A stretch of 64,000 nt of DNA from Trichoplax adhaerens (lineage: Eukaryota; Animalia; Placozoa), in contig NW_002060948.1 of the NCBI RefSeq assembly GCF_000150275.1, positions 754,360-818,359 on the forward strand, given 5' to 3'. Positions 1-11,302 of the stretch are shown here, piece after piece; positions within the stretch are counted from its first letter, which is position 1, and every line of letters begins with the position of its first letter. The translations under genes and the position numbers were made by a program. The notes beneath the pieces are model-generated. The model saw only the letters and a list, made by a program, of their open reading frames with translations. It ran no database searches and was not told the DNA's origin.

Positions 1-941
1 TGGCGCTAAGATGGAGGTCCCCGACAACTACATCGGTAACGGATACTCTATTCTATACCTATAATTTGAAATTAATCAAAGTATCCGTTCATTAACTACA
101 AAGCAAATACGTATGGATACAGTATAGAAAATGTAGAATATTGTATAGTCTATACCATCTTATAATTCCAGCTATGATACAAGTAATTAGGAAATTACCC
201 GTGCTATAGATTAAGCTTAAAAAACTAATCGATCCGGCGATATATTACTGTAACGCCATCAGCTCTACGGTTTACTACTATACTGTAGACGTAGTAGCGT
301 ATAAACATGCACATCATATCATCCAGTGATACAGCTAATTAGGAGCTAATATGCTAACAGCATGTGCAGTAATTTATCTCGCTCTTAGAAGAAAATCACA
401 TTCATCTTGTTTTTATGACAATAATTGACTATGCTTAAGGTTACATAGTAAATTTCATCGCTGTTATGGACGCATTTCCAGAGTCAAGATGTTTGTTGAT
501 TAAGTTTACGTTAATTCTGTACTAGGATGCGTTCTAAAAGAAACACAGAAGCCATTTGGTGAAGATGAGGTATCAAATCTAACAGGAAAATTAAGATTAA
601 AATAACTGTGGAATGTCCCAATCATCCTATTAAAAATGCAGTTATTTGTGAAACTCTTTTGATTTCTTTTAAAGGATCGACGATTAAAAATCTCCAGCCA
701 TTTTAAGGAATTGACGTACTGGAATCTTGATAACCGAACTTCAGTTAATGATAAATTACAAAAAGCGATACTATGGACGAAAATTGCTACAGCGGTTAGT
801 TTACTGTGCAGTTGCTCTATTATTTCATATGCCACCATAGTGCAAATTCCACATTTTACAATAATGCAATATCAATATCTCTCTAAACAAAGATATACTC
901 TTTTCTTAATTGGTTAGATACATAAATCCGAAGATACCTAG
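1..941 (+). CDS. RNASEH2C: Ribonuclease H2 subunit C, 3' part (5' end lies outside the window); exons <1-35, 526-569, 675-794, 918-941
   Basis: GT-AG splicing gives ...GAKMEVPDNYIG-CVLKETQKPFGEDE-DRRLKISSHFKELTYWNLDNRTSVNDKLQKAILWTKIATA-IHKSEDT*. This matches the RNase H2C C-terminal pattern (VPxxxxGxV...F.....W.L......D....A..W..IA.AIH). Confidence 0.85.
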
Positions 942-1361
942 GATTAACAGCAGAGATATTAACTAAATATGATTTCAACCTCCAAAGTTAACAAAGTGAC
1001 TGAAGTATCTTTCTACTGTGACCCACACAGAACTTAGCAAAATAGCGTTACATGTATTATATCCTTGATATCGAGTACATGAAAGGGAATATTAAGGTGT
1101 ATGACTTTATCGATTAATTTTTAGATTAACAGAAATCAGGTAAATTTTAGCTATTAATAATTGTATCCTTTTGTATATATTATTTAAACTAAAGTTAACA
1201 GTAAAACTTGCTCCTAGTAAAAATAAAATGAAAGAGGATTTTTATTTGCATAAATGACTTCGCCTTACGCGCATAACACGATTGCAACCACCCTTAGAAA
1301 CATTTTTAAAGGTAATTTAATTTTAAAAGGAAAAGTATATTATCCATTAATCACTAAGCAC

Positions 1362-4300
1362 TCAGTAATCATGATTAGCGATTTCTTTCTCCCAAAGACC
1401 AAACAAATCTTCATCAAAACTGGGAAATCTATCGACGAAAGACTTGATCATTCCTTCTACGTTCGATTCATATTCAGTAAAATCAACTTCATCTTCGCCT
1501 GCAATATTAATAGCATATGTGACATAATTTAGTGTGAAGATTGCTGCCTTGTTATCCAATTAAAAGTATTCAATCTTTGATGTCGCATAATCATTATAAA
1601 TTAATTATTTATTACACACCATTAACTGAAGTATGACACTGAACAAACATGGGTCGTGGCTGTTTACGATTCAGAACAATATTTCTGAACTTTATTAATG
1701 GAAGGTTCGGCTGTTCAGCTACTGTTGAGTAATGCTCATACATCGACTTGGCAGCCTCGTAATCACCAGTCGCTTTATAAACCTGTAATCATTTGACAAG
1801 TTAACTAAACAATTTTGCTATAAATGAAACCTAATTTGCTTGAATTGTATACGTGTATAATACTAACCTGCATTTTACATAAAAATTTGCCTATTGCATC
1901 TTTACCGTCCGTCGCTATGCGGTCTCTGTTTAAGGTAATAAGCAAATCAGGCTTACCATCTTCTCCAGTCATTTCTGAAATAGTCACGACTGCAGCATCA
2001 ATTAACACGCGGGTGATAACAAATCGAGCCTGCATGTGCGCCTAACATATGACAGGAAACTTCAGCTTAACAACATTCAGTAATTACAATTTAAAAGTTT
2101 CAGTATAACCTGTTTCCAAGAGTTTGTTTCTGGAGTAAAAAATTCTAATCCAAGAAGTCCACCGCGTACCATAAGCAACCAATTAACATATTTAACAGTT
2201 TCAGCAGCTTCTCCTTCATGACCAAATATTCTAAATAGATCAAAATATTAGCAATTATACCATAATTAAATTTAAAGATTTCCACAGCTGATAATTAGAA
2301 AATAGCATGGAAATAGTTAAAAAACCTTAGTACTTTATCTAAGAGACAGAGATATAATCCTACGCATTCAGCGCGACACTCTTCGTAAGAAGAACTCAAT
2401 GATACAAATTTAGAATCATAAGTTTCACCGGGTTTATACCACTTTTCAACCTTCAGTAAAAAGTCGTAATAATAACACACAAAGAGGATATTTCAAAAAT
2501 TGAAAACATAATTTCAACCGCGTACACTGCATAGGGACTATCAAATAATCAAATTAATTTACCTTCTCCCCAGTTAGAGGATTTAGGATATCACAGTCAA
2601 AATCAAATGACCCATCTTCGAGCTAAGGAAAGGAAATTATTTACCATAATTTAATCATGGCTAATTTCGCGTAATTATCAATCTGCCTACAGTACCTGAG
2701 AAAATAATTTACCACTTCCGTGACCTAGTAACTCATGCAAGCCGACCTGAACCTCAAATGCAGGGCCTTTCAATTCTTTGTATAGTTCCTAAAATAAATA
2801 CCCCATAGCGAAAACATCGTCATATTTTCTAATTGGATATTCAGCTACATATTCGTATTGCAAAAAGTAACCTGATCCTTTTCTGACAAGAAAGTGACTG
2901 CCTTATTGCTCCCATACGATGATAGGACATTGCCTAGTGATACATTTTTAAATCCTTCTGTCTGACGAATGTCATCATCTAATTTAAGTCATGTGCCGGT
3001 AAATATCATTCGGTTAGAATAACGCGATATACTGTATGTTACCATGTAATTGGAATATCACGTACATTTATGGGATAGAAATCCTAAAATAACACAGCCA
3101 CACAGATACTTACAGTTTGGGATATTGATCCCAGCTGGAATACCACTGCCAGAAAAGCCAACGATATCCAATGAAGTAAAATCAGGCTTTAAAAAAGTAT
3201 CTTTCTCAAATGTCTTTGGCCACGGTAGTTCATCGAGTAAAGTTTCAGCAGAGTTCACCAATTCCGAGAACTTAATACTCATGGGCTTGTTAACCACGGC
3301 AACGAATCCTACAAGATTATATTTTAAAATATTTACTCTGATATGCAACATTTATTGAGTGCAATGACGCTGTACAAACTTTGTTTACAGTTAATAATAA
3401 TTTTTATCATCTGAAAACCTTCAAATTCTCCACGAATACCATATGGATCACGATAAGTCTCAATGAAACCAATATAACTAAAGGAGATCAATTAAAGCAT
3501 CTTCATTTAATAACGAAATAGAGTAAAAAAATTACACGCATGTGAAGATTTTACTAACACTTCGATAATTGGGCCTTTATTTTTAATCCAAAATCGGGAA
3601 CCGTTTTTGTGAGATTCTATACTTCCAGTTGTGAAGCTATGGGAATATTCCTCTAACATCGATATCTCATTGTTATTGGAAGCATAATTCTAATTTATAA
3701 GTAACAACAACATCAATTAATAGATAAGATTTACAGAGAAATAAACATAATAGAAGTAACCTTGGCAGCTTGTAGGTTTTTTACTAATCTTTTCATTAAC
3801 GGCGCATAATCTCCTCGAGTAATTAGTATTTCGCATCCTTTGTAAGTGTGCTTTCCTAACAGCTTTGCCATGGTATCTTCTCTACCTTGGCTATCTCGAT
3901 ATGCTTCTTCTACGGTATTGTATAATTACATGAATTAGATATTAGCAAGACAAGCAATTCAACAAGCTATACAATAATCAGGTGTGGATCTACGATAAGC
4001 ATAAGTTGTATTGAAATCATTGAGCTAACTATCTATTCGTTTCATGATTATAAGCTACTGCCTTTACATACCAGATTTTTCAGCTGATGCAATCTTTAAC
4101 TCATATTGTACTTTAGAACCATTTTCGTATTTGAATAACCTTGTATTGTAGGGAGATATATCCTAAACCAAAAGTAAAAGCAGCAATTAAGTACAGATCA
4201 TTAAAAGGTGATCTAAATTAACATTTAATCTATTATCCTAGCTATGAATAAAATATTAGCCTTCAAATGGTATTAGACTGCAATAGAGATATAATTTATA

Positions 4301-5330
4301 TTGTAAAGTATACGTGTATTTTAATACTTGCACAGCCTCTACCAACCATTTCTTGCATGAAATCTTTGATAAATTCTGCATCTTTCACACTGCAGTTACT
4401 CGAGTAGTAGGTACTAAGTCCCTAGTTTGGCGAGAATAGAAATTTGCATCAATGGAATAATGATTATGATACATGCTAAATAAGATAATCAAGAATCGAA
4501 GAACTAATCTATAACAAATTATACCTGTTTGCCTAAACCTAATTCTAAAACACGACTCTGAATGGAATACATCCGATCTTTACATAGATTCCACAACTTT
4601 TTCATGCGCTCGGCTTGCTGTTGGTAGGCTTTACTGGCTTGAATAATGACCTCCAATTTTTCCTACCAGTGGTAAAAATATTGACTTTTCTTTTTATGGC
4701 ACTCTTTTAAGTTTACTAGGGTTTGGATAGAGTCGTATGTAAAATAGACACTATCAATCATTTCATTTCCGAATTACCTGAGGAATACCAGGAATAAATT
4801 TGGTATCTCCAAAGGATTTATAATTACCCATATTTGAATAGAAAGCAGCACTATAAATCAGCAAAGCCTACATAGTATGTAAAGCAAATAATGATACCGT
4901 CAATAGAGAAAAAGCCGTAGCCAATTGAAGACTATCAGTAAGTACCTCTATCCTACGAGCACATATTACTGGTGCTTTTATCAATTTATTACACTCTCCT
5001 ATTCATATCTTCTATACTAATACTATAAAGGAATACAATATCACTACTGACATGAAATTCAGCGTCAGATGGTCCATTAGGAATCGATTGGCAAGCTGCT
5101 TTCAATTCATCAACGGTTTGTGCAGAATAGAGACTTTGAAATAGAAGGAAAATAATTGGCGATTCGGGTGAAGTCTGCAAGAAGACTATTAAGCTGCCTT
5201 CCCATGACGCTTTCGATAAGTAATGGGCATAGTGTTTTTCCACATTCGTCAATTCATTGAAAGCAACAGAACAATCTAAATTATTGATAGTCGTGTTGGG
5301 ATCAATTTGTACTCTTTTCGCAGTCTCCAT
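1362..5330 (-). CDS. DPP3: Dipeptidyl peptidase 3 (M49 zinc metallopeptidase), multi-exon; first exon 5052-5330
   Basis: HELLGH zinc motif at 2720-2737 and EECRAE in the 2295-2480 frame. Also [24 protein letters not shown] and N-terminal [12 protein letters not shown]...QTSPES. Stop after ...[11 protein letters not shown] at 1362. Confidence 0.96.
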
Positions 5331-5792
5331 TTCCTTTTAATACTATCGCTTTCGTCTGATAATTGCTATATGTTGGTGAAGAAGAAGCAAATGGATAAAC
5401 TGGATATGGAGAACGGATTGTCTACGAGATGTTTTTATCAAAGGCCCGATTCTACTTTCATACTGTACCTAGTATTAGGTAGAGATGAACAGTACAGTAC
5501 AGTACATCGTAGTACACTAGGTAGAACGTTTCATGAACGGGCGTCTGGATGTCAGTCCAAGCGTCCATAGTGGATAGTGGATATGATAGTTCATTTTTAT
5601 CATTTGTCTAGCGCTGCAGGGCTCCAACTTATTCCATTTTACCATGATTTACTATACAAATGTTTATTTTGAGCCACTTATTTCATGAATGGTAAACCAT
5701 CCATCATTATAATTGATAGAAATTGTTGATGGTGGTCACAACTAGCAGTGTAGACTACTTTTCTACATTCTTGTTTAGCTGGTATATTAGAG

Positions 5793-6694
5793 TCTGAATC
5801 CATAGTGGTTAGTTACTAGTTGAAGATATGGAGAAAATCAGCCTGTTCTAAAAAAAAGAATAAATGTCACCCCAGTGGTCGCTCTACCTATAGTATTCTA
5901 CCATAAGGAGCACTTTTAGGGACGATATCAGTTTTGCTCACAATTTGTAAAGCTGTTCACTGGGATACACCTGAAGCTCATTCAGTCGGTACGGACTGAC
6001 GGAATACGGTACAGTATTCCGTTTGAGTCATAGTTTAGTCTTGAACTACTAAATTACATCGAGCGTATCCAGTAAGTCCAATGTTAGGGTTAGGATCTGA
6101 ATCCATAGTGGTTAGTTACTAGTTGAAGATATGGAGAAAATCAGCCTGTTCTAAAAAAATAAATAAATGTCACCCCAGTGGTCGCTCTACCTATAGTATT
6201 CTACCATAAGGAGCACTTTTAGGGACGATATCAGTTTTGCTCACAATTTGTAAAGCTGTTCACTGGGATACACCTGAAGCTCATTCAGTCGGTACGGACT
6301 GACGGAATACGGTACAGTATTCCGTTTAAGTCATAGTTTAGTCTTGAACTACTAAATTACAGCGAGTGTATCCAGTAAGTCCAATGTTAGGGTTAGGATC
6401 TGAATCCATAGTGGTTAGTTACTAGTTGAAGATATGGAGAAAATCAGCCTGTTCTAAAAAAAAAGAATAAATGTCACCCCAGTGGTCGCTCTACCTATAG
6501 TATTCTACAATATGGAGCACTGTTAGGGACGATATCAGTTTTGCTCACAATTTGTAAAGCTGTTCACTGGGATACACCTGAAGCTCATTCAATCGGTACG
6601 GACTGACGGAATACGGTACAGTATTCCATTTGAGTCATAGTTTAGTCTTGAACTGCTAAATAAATTACATCGAGTGTATCCAGTAAGTCCAATG
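5793..6694. repeat. Head-to-tail tandem repeat, 303-bp period, about 2.97 near-identical copies (starts 5793, 6096, 6399), joined by TTAGGGTTAGGA
   Basis: TCTGAATCCATAGTGG recurs at 5793, 6096 and 6399. Copies differ by a few substitutions and indels. Confidence 0.97.
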
Positions 6695-6949
6695 ATTCTA
6701 CATACTGTATATGTGTAAAATGGATGTCATATTATTTCTTGGTATTATATAGGGAACAAGGCTATAGCCAACGACATCTGTTTTACGTCTAGGTGTATAC
6801 AGTACTGTACAGTATACTGTTCGTACAGTAACACTATACGCTGACTACTGTACCGGGACTACATGTACAGTACTGCAAATGCCATACTTAAGGGTGGAAC
6901 TGTACTGTAGTGTACCGTACCGGATCGGATGACAAGCAGACCTGCTTCA

Positions 6950-6958
6950 AAAATGGCG
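6950..6958 (+). promoter_or_regulatory. YY1-like AAAATGGCG motif overlapping the MRPS10 start codon
   Basis: The sequence CAAAAATGGCGAC matches the YY1 core, which often overlaps starts of housekeeping genes. It may simply be Kozak context. Confidence 0.3.
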
Positions 6959-8923
6959 ACCATGTGGCGCAGTTTCCGCAATCAAATCGCAGTATACAGA
7001 ATTTTAGCTGACAATGTATAACAATTTTGCATGATTTAAGAGTTGAAATAAGCTCATTTTTGAACGTACCATGAAAATCTTGCCTATTTTCTTTAGATTT
7101 GGTCCACCAATAAACTTGTAGCTGTCAATCAGCATAGGTAAGTCGATGTCGAGCATCTTCGTTGTACAATGTCCACATACTGCATGCAAGAAAAGGCAAG
7201 GAGATCGTTCGGCGCTATAATGCAATGCTCGATTTATGCCAAAGCAATTGTTGATTACACTTGGATTACAATGGTTGTGTAATTGTAATATTACCATTGC
7301 ATTGAGTAATTGATTAATGCAAAAATCTTCAACTTGAATAATCCAGTTAGAATTACACCTTGCCTAGATCATGTTAACATTGCGATCTAACCTTAGGTTT
7401 ATGGGCAACACAACTTCACTGCAGCCCAAACAAGCGAAAAAGGTTAGTATACTCGTAATAGCGATGCTAATAAATGACTAACTAATGGAGATTATCATGT
7501 AATAAACTTAATTTAATAGATATGTACAGTATTTATCTTTGAATATATCTTACCACGCTTGAAAGAATGGATAGACGTATCTCTGCGTGCACTAGTGAAA
7601 GGTCTGCATCGTGCTATCACACCAATTAATGAATTCATTAATCAGAGATCAAGTACTACACTGCACAGTACAACAGGCAAATCTATTAGTACTTTAACTG
7701 CATTATCCCATTTGAGGATCAAAATTATTCTAAGAATATTGCTTAAAGAACATACGCATATACTGATCTTCGATACAGCTTCAATAAAGTACTATTCCCG
7801 CTACATTATAGGCGTAACAGACCAATATCAGTCACACTTTATATAAGTAACGTAACCAGACAAATCAATTGGCGACCTATGTAGTATTGTATAAGATACT
7901 GGGAATAGATATACTACCTAAACAGTAGTAAGAAATAGTATTTTGACATCAATTTTGTCCCCCAAAAACAATTATATGCAAAGAAATGCATTCTTGTATT
8001 CTTATCCTTATACATACGGTACTATGAATAGATATTTTAACTGTAGTTATAAGAAAAAGAGTTTTTACATCCGTTAATTGAGAAATCATATAACAATATA
8101 CAAATTAGATACATTTTGAAATGGATCATTTCTACTCATCATTAAAATAAACAGGCAATTGACGATGGCAATCAAGTACTCTATGGAGAGATTTCTATCA
8201 AAATTTTAGGAAACGATTTCGCTGTGTTAGACAGCTATGCCAAATTTCTTCGTATGGCTGCAAATAATCTTAAAATTAAAATTTCTGGAAGGTTAGCTTT
8301 CATCTCCTTCATTTTGATATCGCACTAAATACAGTCTTATACATCAATCATTTACAAATACACGTCAATAGTAATTAACAGTGATCGATATTCTTCATTA
8401 TAGGGTTGATCTACCAGCCAAGATTCAAAAATTTACTGTATTAAAATCGCCTCATATCTTCAAAAAGCACCGTACACAATATGAAGTTAGAACACATTCT
8501 AGAATATTAAAGGTTACACAAATATAATCAAAATTTAGTCTTGTTATTCTAGAATTTCAATCAAACTGGACTTTATGATATTGCGCCTGTTGAATATAAT
8601 TCTACTTACTATGGTATTTCATTCATTCCATTGACTAGGTAAGAAATTTAACTGCTAAGACTGCTGATATCTACCTAGAATACATACAAAGAAATATACC
8701 CGAAGGAGTAGCTATGACTGTATTCGAGGTGATATGTGCAAGCCAATAAATTATTATATCTATATTGCTATATAGCATGCAATCATTAATTTAGCAGCTT
8801 CAGGGATGATAATTTTAATTGAACGTAATGTACGGTACCATATAATAGAAAGAAATGGTACAGTTACCAAGTTACTTGAAAACAGAAGCAGCCAAATCAA
8901 ACGAAGCAAAAGATAGTGAATAA
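6953..8923 (+). CDS. MRPS10: Mitochondrial small-subunit ribosomal protein uS10m; N-terminal exons uncertain
   Basis: Spliced core reads [23 protein letters not shown]...[76 protein letters not shown]...*. The Arg/Ser-containing start [13 protein letters not shown] resembles a mitochondrial presequence. Confidence 0.92.
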
Positions 8924-11302
8924 ATTAGTAAGTGTAAGTGTAAAGACAATTTAGTAATTTTTTTTATAGCCTATATAACAATTCAATATCATCTATTCTG
9001 CTCTCCCTAGTTCCATATTGGAATGCAACCTGGTCTATATTGCAATGCAATACATTACCTCTGCATAAAAGATTGTAACAATATTCAAGTGTAGACCACT
9101 ATCTAATCACTTGGCTCTCTTACAATTTAAAAATGGCTTTTTATATAAATTCAATTTCGATGCCCTAAATTACTCGGTATTGTACCATTCATGCAGTAAC
9201 ATAAAGTTATATCATCATCGAAATAATACAATGATGTGATTGTGTAAAACCTCTCAGTTCTATTCTCATCTTGTATGAATATTAATAATGTTATACCTAT
9301 TTCTTAAAATCGTAACCAATAGCCAGAGACTGATACAGTATATCAGTCAGATATGTTACAATTTTTAACGCAAGAAATTATACGATTGATGACTGAAATC
9401 AAATCATTAAAATATGTAAATATTCCTATATATCTGTACTTTGGGAGATCTACGTCTGGTTGGCTATTAAGAACGTTTACAATACTAAAAATTTTTATCA
9501 GATAAAAACAATACGTTTCTATCAAAAGTATGTAGACCATTGATTACGTTAACACTATAAATGATCTAGTAATATTTAGAGGTCTCCTTACTGTAATCAA
9601 GAATATTGATCGACAACTGTAACTATCTAATTAAGGATAGAATTAGTATGTAAAATTTTAATTACAATTATACTTATTATTTCAGTTAGCGAAAAATTTC
9701 TATACTTAAATGCAGCCATTGATAAATTTACATCGATAGTCAAATATGTAGTATCTCTGATATATAATTATTTTTAACATTAGCTATTGTATTAGTGTAT
9801 ATGCACTTAAAATATAGATGTTCAAACAGCTGTTATTTTAAATTAGCAAGTAATGTTAGATTTTTTACCAAATCATCATAATCCATAAGTTATGGCAAGT
9901 TGCTCACTGTCAATAATAATAGTTAACACCAGTCTAATTCGCAAATAATATAATTATTAGTCAAAATCGAAACAGCTTCTTCGTACTGTATTCGTATTAA
10001 AGCATCTGGTAATCGTTAGATAGGTTAGGTAGTGACAGGAGAGACGTATTAACGTCCTTTTCATATTGAAGTATTAGATTAATTACTATTATTTTACCGG
10101 TATCTAACGACTAACATTACTGTTTCGATAACGTTGGATTAAATTGTTATCAGTTAAATTAGCATTCCAAATAGCGATATTTATCCATAATAAATTGGGA
10201 CACGTTACCGGTGTAATAAAGATGTAACAGAATTTATTTCGAAAAGCTGTAATAAAATTAGATTTTCGTACAAAGTCTAGTTATAGCAATCGTAAAACAA
10301 GCGATATATCAGGTTCATTTTGACTAGTTCAAACTCTAAAAAATTTTTTATAACAGTTATTTCTATACTCATAAAAATTTCTAATTTACATGGAAATTAT
10401 TCTCACCCGGTGAAGTAAATCTTAAAAATCGGAGTAATTTTATAATCTTTAAATTACTGTCTCTTTACATACGCGTACCTATGCGCATTTATCAATTCAA
10501 TTTTAAAGTCTTCATTTGGAACTCTCAAGCTCAACTTAATTTAAATCAATATCATCTATACCTAGTAAATTTACTACGACCCAACACTTTTTATAAAATC
10601 TCATACCATCCAATTTCAATATCTGATAATATTTTCTATTCTATAGCATTGTATCATAACATTTGTTACAAATCTCTATTTACTAATATCATTGTGAAAT
10701 TAGCATATTAACATCCAGTATTATCTAAAGTGGCTTTCACTAGATGCTACCAACGGGATGATAAATTTTAGTTAATGTGCTATCCAAGACATTTAAAATC
10801 ATGCAACGTAAATTCAGCTGGCCTATTATAGGTAACAGTAATCACTGACAGGTTCCGAAATAGAATCAATGGTACCGGTATTGGATTTTAAAACGGATAG
10901 AAATATTTTTTAAACCGTATTGCCACGAAATTAAGAGTACTGTTAGCAGTTATAAATCTCTCGTTCTGTATATCATAATATTGCAAACAGTAGTACTATA
11001 CATATATTACCGTATGGAACAATATGCAACTTTTGTCAAGATCTAAATACTATAATTTTCCGTTTTGTTCGGTGTAGTCTAACCAGATATTATTTATAAA
11101 CTACATTGCGACAGAAACATTAAAAATAATATGCGATCGGAGTTAATAGCTTAACCTACAATTTTCAATAATTTCTGTATAGTCAACTAACTTAGAATAA
11201 CATTCTTTAGGAGTATTATTACTTCCAAAAATGAATAACAAGATTCGGTTAATGTATGCCATTATAGGTTACGTTGGTAAAATTTTCGTTTGCTCCACTA
11301 AC

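Noticed and set aside
5700-6400. Telomerase RNA gene on the minus strand (contains CTAACCCTAAC)
   Set aside because: I could not identify a U-rich/A-rich pseudoknot, CR4/5 or H/ACA domain on that strand, and the template-like 11-mer occurs only at repeat junctions. An Infernal search would be needed before calling it.
5793-6694. Hammerhead retrozyme array or CRISPR array
   Set aside because: No canonical CUGANGA...GAAA core on either strand (the closest are CTGAAGC, CTGAATGAG and TTGAAGA). The units are whole 303-bp repeats with no unique spacers, in a eukaryotic context.
10012-10110. 10-bp inverted repeat TCGTTAGATA/TATCTAACGA as a MITE
   Set aside because: No target-site duplication or second copy was seen, so it is compatible with chance.
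7004-10711. Short ORFs in the track (e.g. 7004-7297, 7559-7846, 9343-9540, 10481-10711) and similar ones elsewhere
   Set aside because: They have no recognisable motifs and are intronic, antisense to real exons, or chance ORFs in AT-rich DNA.
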